This document shows positions 8,419-16,271 of a DNA stretch of 64,000 nucleotides, one piece after another. The stretch is from an uncultured Acidimicrobiales bacterium (GTDB taxonomy: Bacteria > Actinomycetota > Acidimicrobiia > Acidimicrobiales > Ilumatobacteraceae). Under the pieces are notes generated by a model. The model ran no database searches and was not told where the DNA came from. It worked only from the letters and a program-made list of their open reading frames with translations. The position numbers were made by a program, and so were the translations under genes. The first letter of the stretch is position 1, and each line of letters begins with the position of its first letter. Where the stretch lies: contig CAWHKS010000004.1 in NCBI GenBank assembly GCA_963829955.1, positions 4,402 through 68,401 on the forward strand. The letters are read 5' to 3'.

Positions 8419-9402
8419 TCAGCCGGCGCGCTGGAAGCGCCGGCGATAGGCCTGCGGGCTGGTACCGACGACCCGGCCGAAGTGCTGACGCAGGCTGGGC
8501 GTGGACCCGAAGCCCGCCCGCGGCGCCACCAGCTCCACCGGGAGATCGGTCGTCTCCAGCAACCGCTGCGCCAGCGCCACTCGTTGCTGCAGCAACCACT
8601 GCAGCGGCGTGACCCCCATGGTCGCCCGGAACCGCCGGGCGAAGGTCCGGGGGGCCATGAACGACCGGCGAGCGAGATCGTTGATCGTCAGCTCCCGGTC
8701 GAGGTGGGCGACGGCCCACGTCACGATGGCGGACAGCGGATCGTCGATGGGGACGTGGGGTACGGGCGCGTCCACGAACTGCGCTTGCCCACCATCGCGG
8801 TGCGGCGGGACGACCATGCGGCGGGCGACGGTGTTGGCGACCTCAGCGCCATGGTCCAGCTTCACCAGGTGCAGGCACAGGTCGATGCCGGCGGCAGTGC
8901 CCGCGGACGTGAACACACCGTCAGCACCTACGTACAGGACGGACGGATCCAGCTCGACGAGCGGGAATCGGGAGCGGAACAGGTCGGCGAACAACCAGTG
9001 CGTGGTCGCCCGGCGGCCGTCGAGCAGGCCGGCGTCTGCCAGCACGAAGGCGCCCGAGCAGAGCGACGCGACACGGGCGCCACGCCGGTGTGCGCGCCGG
9101 AGCGCATCGAGCACGTCAGGTGGTACTTCTCGATCCCCGAGCGGCTTGGGGGCGGCGGGCACGACGATGGTGTCGGCCCATCGCAGCGCCTCCAGCCCGT
9201 GCTCGGGGTTCAGGCTGAATCCGAGATCGGTCTTCAGCGGGAGCGGGTCGCCGGTGCAGACGCGGACCTCGGCGACGGGGACCCCGGAATCGCTGCGGTC
9301 GAGACCCCACACCTCACACGGCACGGCGACCTCGAACGGCGCCAGGTGGTCGAACACCAGGACCGCCACCCTGTGGGGGGCCGTTCGACCTCCTGGCGCC
9401 AT
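8419..9402 (-). CDS. GlxA-family transcriptional regulator (DJ-1/PfpI domain + AraC-type HTH)
   Basis: Intact 327-aa ORF. N-terminal VAVLVFDHLAPFEVAVPCEV...ASLCSGAFVLADAGLLDGRRATTHW (DJ-1/PfpI-like). C-terminal LTINDLARRSFMAPRTFARRFRATMGVTPLQWLLQQRVALAQRLLETT...GFGSTPSLRQHF (AraC HTH). Confidence 0.9.
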   Translation of the reverse strand: MAPGGRTAPHRVAVLVFDHLAPFEVAVPCEVWGLDRSDSGVPVAEVRVCTGDPLPLKTDLGFSLNPEHGLEALRWADTIVVPAAPKPLGDREVPPDVLDALRRAHRRGARVASLCSGAFVLADAGLLDGRRATTHWLFADLFRSRFPLVELDPSVLYVGADGVFTSAGTAAGIDLCLHLVKLDHGAEVANTVARRMVVPPHRDGGQAQFVDAPVPHVPIDDPLSAIVTWAVAHLDRELTINDLARRSFMAPRTFARRFRATMGVTPLQWLLQQRVALAQRLLETTDLPVELVAPRAGFGSTPSLRQHFGRVVGTSPQAYRRRFQRAG

Positions 9403-9411
9403 GGCAGGAAC

Positions 9412-9648
9412 CTAGCGCACGTCAGGATCCCGCCAGACGGTGTCACCCTCCTCGGCCCGGGACGCCGCGGCCGGGCGGTGGAGAACCGAGGCGACGAGCG
9501 CCAGACCAGCCAACCCCGCAGCGATCGGCACAACCGCCGCGGGCTCGTTGAGCAACTCGCCGAGGGTGCCGGCCATCGCGGCGATCGCCGCCGCGATCAC
9601 CAGGACCCCGAACACGAGCGAGATCGGGTCGAGGTGGTGACGCTTCAC
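9412..9648 (-). CDS. Small membrane protein (78 aa, two predicted TM helices), last gene of the PspC operon
   Basis: GTG at 9648 overlaps the stop of the upstream PspC-domain gene (GTGA). VKRHHLDPISLVFGVLVIAAAIAAMAGTLGELLNEPAAVVPIAAGLAGLALVASVL. Confidence 0.5.
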   Translation of the reverse strand: MKRHHLDPISLVFGVLVIAAAIAAMAGTLGELLNEPAAVVPIAAGLAGLALVASVLHRPAAASRAEEGDTVWRDPDVR

Positions 9649-11162
9649 GGCTGGACCGCGGTAGTCGGGCTCGCGGGCGCTGCCGGAGCGGGCGCCGCCG
9701 GAGCGCTCGAGGGCACGGTCGAAGCCTCGGTGCCCTGGGGGGCGGCCGGCACGGTCGTCGGTGCCAGACCGATCGACCCCGGTGGCACGGGGCGGATGAC
9801 GATGCCGGACCACAGGATGACCGTGCCGTCACGTGCGATGCGCGTACCGTCGTCCAGGATCACCTCGCCGGTCGGCAGGACCTTGGCCTCCGAGCCGAGT
9901 ACCCAGCTGGCATCCGGGAACACGACCGTGCCGTCGGGCAGGTAGATCGTGCCGTCGGCCAGCTGATGGGCTCCGCCCTCGAACAGGAGCCCACCGTTGC
10001 CGTCCGCCTGGATCGGACCCACCCGACCCGGCTCCACCGGCTCCAGTGGTTCCAGCGGCTCGATCGGCTCCCGCGGCGGGTCACCGGCGCGGAAGCGGTC
10101 GACCTCGATGCTGCCGAAGCCGACGGCGATGTCGTACCGGACCAGCGGGGCGTCAGACGGACCGTCTGCGTACGTCGCGACGCGCCGGTAGCCGTCCTCG
10201 GAGCCGTTGGGCATGTCGATGCTGCCCAACCCGACCTGCACCCTCACCTCGAGCCGCACGTCCGAAGCGGCGGAGATCTGCACCGACCCGTACCCCACCC
10301 GGATCCGCCCGTCGACGGGGTCCTGGACGTCCTCGAGCTGGAGGTGGATGTCCCCGCCGGCAACGTCGACGTCGGCCGGTGGCGGATCGGGGTTCTCACC
10401 GGCCGTCACATACGTCGTCGACTGGCGGCTGCCGCGGAGGCTCACGTCGAGATCCTCGATGGCGGCACCGGCCACGCTCACGCCGGCGAGCAGCGCGGCC
10501 GGCACCACGAGCCATCGGGCCCGCCCGGCGAAGGTGCCCACGAGCAGGCCGAGACCGCAGACGAGCGCGGCGAGGCCGAACGAGATCTTGATCCCCTCCG
10601 CCGAGCCCTGGGCGATGAGCGTGCCCACGGCGGCGACGAGGAGCGCGAGCCCGAGCGTGCCCCGGCCGAGCGGCGAGGGCGGGGTCGGAGGGCGCGGGGC
10701 AGCCGGCGGCGCCGAGGGATCGGCCATGGCTGCGTCCGCGACGACGGGCGCACCCGCGTCGGTGGTGCGGGGTGACCACAGCGCGACGGCCACGCCGAGC
10801 AGAAGGAGGGCGACGCCGAAGGGCCCGTCGGGCACGGTCCAGTCCCCGTCGGAGACGGCGACGAGCAGCCACAAGGGCACGATGGCCAGGCCCACGATGC
10901 GGCGCGCCAGCCGGGGCGCCGGTCCGGCCGGCCCGGCGGGGAGCAGGAGGTAGCCGGCGAGGTAGCCGGCGACACCGACGCCGTCGAAGAGGGTGAGGAC
11001 GACGAATCCCATCCGCGTCCACACCGGCGCCACCCCCAGCGCCGTCGCCAGGCCGCCGGCCACCCCGGCCAACACCCGGTTCCGGCTGCGCCAGACCCGG
11101 TACCGCGGCGGAGACGGCCGCGCCGGCGGCGGGAGTGTGCGCTCCGGGTCGGCCACATCCAT
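9645..11162 (-). CDS. PspC-domain membrane protein with LiaF-like C-terminal domain
   Basis: YRVWRSRNRVLAGVAGGLATALGVAPVWTRMGFVVLTLFDGVGVAGYLAGYLLLP is a PspC domain. Several TM helices follow, then a beta-rich C-terminal part (IHLQLEDV...IRVGYGSVQISA...VQVGLGSIDM...DIAVGFGSIEV). The ORF extends to 11264, but ATG 11162 (MDVADPERT) is the more likely start. Confidence 0.8.
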   Translation of the reverse strand: MDVADPERTLPPPARPSPPRYRVWRSRNRVLAGVAGGLATALGVAPVWTRMGFVVLTLFDGVGVAGYLAGYLLLPAGPAGPAPRLARRIVGLAIVPLWLLVAVSDGDWTVPDGPFGVALLLLGVAVALWSPRTTDAGAPVVADAAMADPSAPPAAPRPPTPPSPLGRGTLGLALLVAAVGTLIAQGSAEGIKISFGLAALVCGLGLLVGTFAGRARWLVVPAALLAGVSVAGAAIEDLDVSLRGSRQSTTYVTAGENPDPPPADVDVAGGDIHLQLEDVQDPVDGRIRVGYGSVQISAASDVRLEVRVQVGLGSIDMPNGSEDGYRRVATYADGPSDAPLVRYDIAVGFGSIEVDRFRAGDPPREPIEPLEPLEPVEPGRVGPIQADGNGGLLFEGGAHQLADGTIYLPDGTVVFPDASWVLGSEAKVLPTGEVILDDGTRIARDGTVILWSGIVIRPVPPGSIGLAPTTVPAAPQGTEASTVPSSAPAAPAPAAPASPTTAVQP

Positions 11163-11269
11163 GACCTCGACAGTACGGACGGCAGCGGCTGGGGGCCATC
11201 GGGGGAATCCCTTCTTGAACCCTGATGTCGCGGGCGTGATCTCAGGGATGGCACCGATGTCCAAGGCCC

Positions 11270-12487
11270 GTGCCGGCGTGGCACCATCGACCGATGCAAG
11301 TCGACCTGCGGGTACCGGCGGGTCTCGAACACCTGCGCTTCCCGCGGAGCAGCACCGACCGACTGGTCGCCGGCGTGGCCGGGGGCCTGGCCCGGCGCCT
11401 CCAGGCGGACACCTACGTCGTGCGTGTCGCCTTCGTGCTCCTGGGCGTGGCCGGCGGGGTCGGCGTGCTGCTCTACGCAGTCGCCTGGCTGCTCTCCGAG
11501 CCGCCTACGGACCAGCCCACGATCGCCGCACGTCCCGAGCGGTCGGTGGCGGTCGGGTGCGTCACCGGAGCTGCCCTGGTCCTGCTCAGGAGTGTCGGGC
11601 TGTGGCCTGGGGACGCGCTCATGGTGCCGGCGGTGGTCGTCGCTGTCGGATCGGCCTTGGTGTGGCACGACGCGCCCCGCGGTGCGAGTTCACGGGCGCC
11701 GACCGACCCGTTCGAACGCCTCATGAGCGGGCGGCTCTCGGCTCCCCGGGTGATCGGCGGGATCGTCCTGATCGCCACCGGTCTCGCCACGCTGGCCTCC
11801 GAGGGCAAGCTCTCCTCCGTCCCACGGTCGGCGGCCGCGCTGGCCCTGGCCTTGGCCGGAGTTGCTCTTGTGGTCGGTCCTTACACCGGCCGTCTCCTGG
11901 GGGCGGTGCGGTCGGCCGAGCGGGAGCGGATCCGCACCGAGGAACGGGCGGAGATGGCGGCGCACCTCCACGATTCCGTCCTGCAGACGCTGGCCCTCAT
12001 GCAGCGGGCCGCCGACGATCCGCGGCGGATGGTCCTCCTGGCCCGCCGTCAGGAGCGTGAGCTCCGCCAGTGGTTGTACGGCGGCGGGCCGGACGCTTTG
12101 GCCGAGGGATCGGTGGCCGAGCGGGCCCAGGCCCTGGCAGCCGAGATCGAGCTCGACCACGACATCCCCGTGGAGCTCGTGGTCGTCGGGGACCACCCTG
12201 GCGACGAGGCGCTGGCCGCCCTCCTGGGGGCGGTGCGGGAGGCATCCGTGAACGCGGCCCGCCACTCCGGCACCGACGAGGTGGACATCTACCTCGAGAT
12301 CGGGCCCAGCGCGGCCGTGGCGTTCGTGCGGGACAAGGGCTGCGGCTTCGAGCCCGACGCGGTCGCCGTCGACAGCCACGGCATCACGCACTCCATCCGC
12401 GGGCGGCTGGAACGCTGCGGGGGCCGGGCGCGGGTGGAGACGACGCCGGGGACCGGCACGGAGTGGGAGCTGGAGGTGCCGCTGTGA
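11270..12487 (+). CDS. Sensor histidine kinase with N-terminal PspC domain (HisKA_3/NarL-partner type)
   Basis: RSSTDRLVAGVAGGLARRLQADTYVVRVAFVLLGVAGGVGVLLYAVAWLL (PspC domain). ERAEMAAHLHDSVLQTLALM (H-box). VNAARHSG...VRDKGCGF...SIRGRLERCGGRARVETTPGTGTEWEL (ATPase N/G boxes). Alternative start at ATG 11294. Confidence 0.85.
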   Translation: MPAWHHRPMQVDLRVPAGLEHLRFPRSSTDRLVAGVAGGLARRLQADTYVVRVAFVLLGVAGGVGVLLYAVAWLLSEPPTDQPTIAARPERSVAVGCVTGAALVLLRSVGLWPGDALMVPAVVVAVGSALVWHDAPRGASSRAPTDPFERLMSGRLSAPRVIGGIVLIATGLATLASEGKLSSVPRSAAALALALAGVALVVGPYTGRLLGAVRSAERERIRTEERAEMAAHLHDSVLQTLALMQRAADDPRRMVLLARRQERELRQWLYGGGPDALAEGSVAERAQALAAEIELDHDIPVELVVVGDHPGDEALAALLGAVREASVNAARHSGTDEVDIYLEIGPSAAVAFVRDKGCGFEPDAVAVDSHGITHSIRGRLERCGGRARVETTPGTGTEWELEVPL

Positions 12488-13137
12488 GCGCGGTCGAGAC
12501 GACGCCGCCCCGAGTCTTCGTCGTGGACGATCACGCCCTGTTCCGAGCCGGCGTGCGGGCGGAGCTGGGGTCGTCCGTCACGATCGTCGGTGACGCCGGT
12601 GATGTGGACGACGCCGTCGCCGGCATCGTCGCCAGCCAACCGGACGTCGTCCTGCTCGATGTCCACCTGCCCGGTGGTGGGGGCCGGGCGGTCGTGGAGG
12701 CGGTGGGGAACCGGGCTCCGGACGTCCGCTTCCTCGCGCTGTCGGTGTCCGACGCCGCCGAGGACGTGCTCGGTCTGATCCGCTGCGGTGCTCGCGGCTA
12801 CGTGACGAAGACGATCACCCGTGACGAGCTCGTCGACGCCATCGAACGGGTGCGCAGCGGTGACGCCGTGTTCTCGCCCCGCCTGGCCGGCTTCGTGCTC
12901 GACGCCTTCGCCGGCGACCTCCCCACCCCGATCGACCCCGAGCTGGACCAACTGACGCCCCGCGAGCGGGAGGTCCTCCGGCTCATCGCCCGCGGCTACT
13001 CGTACAAGGAGATGGCGAACCGCCTGCACCTCTCGGTCAAGACAGTCGAGACACACGTGTCGTCGGTGCTGCGCAAGCTCCAACTCTCCAACCGCCACGA
13101 GCTGACGACCTGGGCCGCCGACCGCCGCCTTCTCTGA
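12484..13137 (+). CDS. NarL/LuxR-family response regulator
   Basis: GTG 12484 overlaps the kinase stop (GTGA). VFVVDDHALFRAGV...DVVLLDVHLPGGGG...ALSVSD (receiver domain). LTPREREVLRLIARGYSYKEMANRLHLSVKTVETHVSSVLRKLQL (LuxR HTH). Confidence 0.92.
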   Translation: MSAVETTPPRVFVVDDHALFRAGVRAELGSSVTIVGDAGDVDDAVAGIVASQPDVVLLDVHLPGGGGRAVVEAVGNRAPDVRFLALSVSDAAEDVLGLIRCGARGYVTKTITRDELVDAIERVRSGDAVFSPRLAGFVLDAFAGDLPTPIDPELDQLTPREREVLRLIARGYSYKEMANRLHLSVKTVETHVSSVLRKLQLSNRHELTTWAADRRLL

Positions 13138-13172
13138 ACCGGGGTTCTGAACTCGGCCCTTCTGAACCGGGT
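13129..13172. promoter_or_regulatory. Three direct copies of TCTGAAC(C/T) spaced 13 and 15 bp; candidate regulator binding sites
   Basis: Read directly: tctgaacc 13133-13140, tctgaact 13146-13153 (within GTTCTGAAC, a 4-1-4 palindrome), tctgaacc 13161-13168. They start at the regulator stop codon and lie upstream of the small ORF at 13246. A related CTTCTTGAACC occurs at 11211-11221 in the divergent pspC/kinase promoter region. Confidence 0.4.
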
Positions 13173-13245
13173 GATCCCCGTCACCGTATCTGCAGTTGTT
13201 CTCGCCGCTCCGACGAGACAGACGAAGCAGACAGGAGGTGACCCG

Positions 13246-13428
13246 ATGCCCGAATCCCGGACCGCCAAGCACCTGATCGGACAGGACGTCGCCATCGACT
13301 GCCATGACGGCCGCCGCACCCGTGGCCGGCTGCTCAACGCCACCGCCCGCAGCCTGTGGGTGGTGACGGGCGACGAGGACCGGTTCATCCCCGTGACGTC
13401 GATCGCGCACGTGCACCTGGCTCGATAG
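13246..13428 (+). CDS. Small hypothetical protein (60 aa), possibly a small beta-barrel (Sm/PRC-like) fold
   Basis: ATG 13246 is preceded by ACAGGAGGTG 5 nt upstream. MPESRTAKHLIGQDVAIDCHDGRRTRGRLLNATARSLWVVTGDEDRFIPVTSIAHVHLAR has non-repetitive, balanced composition, unlike the antisense junk ORFs. Confidence 0.55.
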   Translation: MPESRTAKHLIGQDVAIDCHDGRRTRGRLLNATARSLWVVTGDEDRFIPVTSIAHVHLAR

Positions 13429-13521
13429 GCGCCGCAAGGCGGACCACCATCGGCAGGATCCTCGCGATCAGCGGCCGTCCCGCCCGTCGCACCCCGGACC
13501 TCCGCGGGCGACCATGGTGCC

Positions 13522-13989
13522 ATGGACAACGCTGCGCTCATCGACCGCTACGAGGCCGGACCGGCAGAGGTGCGGGACGCCCTGGCCGGCATCGGTGCTG
13601 ACGAGCTCGACCGGCGACCAGCACCGGACGCCTGGACGGCGCGGGAGGTCGTGCACCACCTGGCGGACAGCGAGACGACGAGCTGCCTCCGGCTGCGGAG
13701 GATGCTGGCCATGGACCGCCCGGAGCTCCAGAGCTACGACGAGGCAGCGTGGGCGGTGGAGCCCCGCCTGGCCTATGACGAGCCCATCGAGCCGCCGCTC
13801 GCCGTGCTGGACGCGGTTCGGGCGGCCACGGCCGTCCTCCTGCGCCGGCTCGACGACGCCGACTTCGCGCGGCTCGGCGTCCATCCCGAGCACGACGACT
13901 ACTCCGTGCAGATCTGGCTGGAGATCTACGCCGACCACGCACACATCCACGCCGACCAGATCCGGCGCGCCCGGCAAGGGCTGGCCTGA
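13522..13989 (+). CDS. DinB-family (DinB_2) metal-dependent protein
   Basis: Intact 155 aa. WTAREVVHHLADSE...YADHAHIHADQIRRA are the typical DinB four-helix His motifs. Confidence 0.85.
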   Translation: MDNAALIDRYEAGPAEVRDALAGIGADELDRRPAPDAWTAREVVHHLADSETTSCLRLRRMLAMDRPELQSYDEAAWAVEPRLAYDEPIEPPLAVLDAVRAATAVLLRRLDDADFARLGVHPEHDDYSVQIWLEIYADHAHIHADQIRRARQGLA

Positions 13990-13998
13990 GCCCGCCGA

Positions 13999-14736
13999 TC
14001 AGACGACCGGTTGGTGGTAGGCGACCGACGGTGGTTGCAGCAGCAACCGCTGTCGCTCGGTCAGCTGCTCGAGCAGACCCGCCGGCCACCGCTGGTCCTC
14101 CGCCCACGTCGAGCTGCCCGGCGAGTACTTGTACAGCAGCGTGCGCCGGACCTCCGGACCGCGCCAGGCCAGCGTGCCGTGGGTGAGCGCCTCCGTGAAC
14201 ACCACCAGGTCGCCGGCGGCAAGCGGGACCTCCACGGCCAGCCGTCCGTCGGGCCGCTCGGGGAAGGCGAAGCCCGCCTTGTGGCTCCCCGGCACGCAGC
14301 AGAAGCCGCCACCCCCGGCGGGATGGTCGACCAGCGCCCACTGCACCGCGACCAGACCGCAGCGGATCCTCCCGTCGCGCACGAGGTAGTACTGCGCGGG
14401 GTCGAACGGCGTGGCCCCGCCGTGCAGGCCGAGCCCGCTCGTGCCCGGCGCCATCACGATGCCGTACGCATGGTCGAGGCGGACGTGCGCACCGCACAGC
14501 TCGACCATCATGTCGAACACCGCCGGATGGTCGATCAGGCGCTGGAACGCCACGGCGCGGGGCAGATGACCGCTGAAGCGCTGGCTCTGGATCGTCTCGC
14601 CCGGCGGCGCCAGTCCGAGGCCGTCGATCGCAGCGTGGAGCACGGCCAGCTCGGCTGAGCCGAGCACTCCCCGGCGCACGAGGAAGCCCTGCAGGTCGAA
14701 GGAGTAGCGCTCGTCGTCGGTCAGCGGCCCCACCAC
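13999..14736 (-). CDS. Phytanoyl-CoA dioxygenase (PhyH) family Fe(II)/2-oxoglutarate oxygenase
   Basis: Intact 245 aa. FDLQGFLVRRGVL...GLGLHGG...FCCVPGSHK...GDLVVFTEALTHGT...RRTLLYKY fits the PhyH fold. Confidence 0.85.
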   Translation of the reverse strand: MVGPLTDDERYSFDLQGFLVRRGVLGSAELAVLHAAIDGLGLAPPGETIQSQRFSGHLPRAVAFQRLIDHPAVFDMMVELCGAHVRLDHAYGIVMAPGTSGLGLHGGATPFDPAQYYLVRDGRIRCGLVAVQWALVDHPAGGGGFCCVPGSHKAGFAFPERPDGRLAVEVPLAAGDLVVFTEALTHGTLAWRGPEVRRTLLYKYSPGSSTWAEDQRWPAGLLEQLTERQRLLLQPPSVAYHQPVV

Positions 14737-14812
14737 CGGCCACCCTAAAGGGAGTGTGCGTCGGGCGCGCGGTGCCCAGCAGCGCGGCCTGTCTGCCTTC
14801 TATGGTGCGCCG

Positions 14813-16036
14813 ATGGACCGGCTCCGCTTCGGCACGTTCTTGGCCCCCCACCACCCATTGGGCGAGAGCCCGACACTGCTCTTCCGGCGCGACCTCGACC
14901 TCGTGGAGCACCTCGACCGTTTGGGCTACGACGAGTTCTGGTGCGGGGAGCACCACTCGAGCGGCTGGGAGATGATCGCCTCGCCCGAGATGTTTCTCGC
15001 CGCCGCCGGTGAGCGCACGGGGACCATCAAGCTCGGCACCGGCGTGGTGTCGCTGCCGTACCATCACCCCTTCCAGGTGGCCCAGCGCATCGTCCAGCTC
15101 GACCACATGACGAGGGGTCGGGCCATGTTCGGCAGCGGTCCGGGCGCGCTCCCGTCCGACGCCCGCACGATGGGGGTCGATCCCATGTTGCTGCGGGACC
15201 GGCAGGACGAGTCACTCGGCGTCATCCGCCGCCTGCTGAGCGGCGAGGACCGGTTCACCTACGAGTCCGACTGGTTCACGTTGCGCGACGCCGCACTCCA
15301 ACTGCTCCCCGTGCAGCGGGACATGCCGATGACGGTCGCCTCCTCCATCAGCCCGAGCGGCATGCAGCTGGCCGGCAAGTACGGGATCGGCGTGCTCTCG
15401 ATCGCCTCGAACTCCACCGCCGGCCTGCAGGCGCTCCCCACCCAGTGGGGGCTGGCCGAGGAGAGCGCGGCGACGCACGGACAGCAGGTCGATCGGGCGG
15501 CGTGGCGCGTGCTGATGGCGTGGCACATCGCCGAGGACAAGGAGCAGGCCCGGCGAGAGGCCGTCGACGGGCTCCACCGCTGGCACAACGAGTACAACGT
15601 CCACGTTCTGGGGCGCCCGGGTGCGGTGCGGGTCGAGAGCGCCTGGGAGCTGCTCGAACAGGTGGCGGAGCAGGGGTCGAACGGAGCCGGGGCCGCGGTG
15701 ATCGGCACTCCAGACGACCTCGTCGCCGCCATCCGTCACCTCCAGGAGTTGACCGGCGGCTTCGGCGTCGTGCTCGGCTTCGCCCACGACTGGGCCAACC
15801 ACGAGGCCACGATGCGCAGCTGGGAGCTGGTGGCCCGCTACGTCATCCCCGAACTGGACGGCTCCCTACGCCCGCTGCGGGCGTCGGCCGACTACGTGCA
15901 CGAGAACCAGAGCGAGCTCATCGCGGGGGCGTCGGCCGCCGTCATGCAGAAGATCATGGCCAACGAGACCGCGGCCAAGGCGATGGCGGTGACCATGCAG
16001 CAGATGGCCGAGCGTCATCAGCAACAGCAGAGCTGA
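14813..16036 (+). CDS. LLM-class flavin-dependent oxidoreductase (luciferase-like monooxygenase)
   Basis: MDRLRFGTFLAPHHP...LGYDEFWCGEHHSSGWE...KLGTGVVSLPYHHP...GSGPGALPSD... is a luciferase-like TIM-barrel pattern. The ORF starts at 14756, but ATG 14813 fits the family N-terminus. Confidence 0.88.
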   Translation: MDRLRFGTFLAPHHPLGESPTLLFRRDLDLVEHLDRLGYDEFWCGEHHSSGWEMIASPEMFLAAAGERTGTIKLGTGVVSLPYHHPFQVAQRIVQLDHMTRGRAMFGSGPGALPSDARTMGVDPMLLRDRQDESLGVIRRLLSGEDRFTYESDWFTLRDAALQLLPVQRDMPMTVASSISPSGMQLAGKYGIGVLSIASNSTAGLQALPTQWGLAEESAATHGQQVDRAAWRVLMAWHIAEDKEQARREAVDGLHRWHNEYNVHVLGRPGAVRVESAWELLEQVAEQGSNGAGAAVIGTPDDLVAAIRHLQELTGGFGVVLGFAHDWANHEATMRSWELVARYVIPELDGSLRPLRASADYVHENQSELIAGASAAVMQKIMANETAAKAMAVTMQQMAERHQQQQS

Positions 16037-16267
16037 CGCACGGCCGCCAGCAGGCCAGCCTGCCAACGAGCCCGGCTCGTCGTCGGCGCGCTGGGCCACC
16101 GCGTTGGCCGTGACGTTCACCTTCGGGACGTACTCGGGTGCCTCGACCTCCCGGGCGGTGGCGGCGTACCGGGCGCGCAGCTCGTCCACGCAGACCGGGC
16201 ACGGTCCGTAGAGGTCGGCGTCCACCGAGCGGTGGCAGCGGGGGCAGTCGAATGTCGTCATCGCCAC
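15866..16267 (-). CDS. Small zinc-ribbon protein (real product probably about 70-80 aa; 3' end uncertain)
   Basis: MAMTTFDCPRCHRSVDADLYGPCPVCVDELRARYAATAREVEAPEYVPKVNVT has two CxxC pairs. As sequenced, the ORF runs 171 nt into the convergent LLM gene, and its tail (LLLLMTLGHLLHGH...) looks like antisense read-through. Confidence 0.45.
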   Translation of the reverse strand: MAMTTFDCPRCHRSVDADLYGPCPVCVDELRARYAATAREVEAPEYVPKVNVTANAVAQRADDEPGSLAGWPAGGRASALLLLMTLGHLLHGHRHRLGRGLVGHDLLHDGGRRPRDELALVLVHVVGRRPQRA

Positions 16268-16271
16268 AACC

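Noticed and set aside
12434-12442. TGGAGACGA matching the first 9 nt of the tRNA-Ala 3' segment, considered as an att repeat
   Set aside because: It is only 9 nt long, lies inside the histidine kinase gene, and is on the wrong side of the tRNA relative to the integrase remnant.
13538-15106. 522-aa ORF on the minus strand
   Set aside because: It is antisense to three well-supported genes (DinB, PhyH partly, LLM). Its translation is dominated by Arg/Pro/Gly/Ala runs with no recognisable motif. This is the typical shadow ORF of high-GC DNA.
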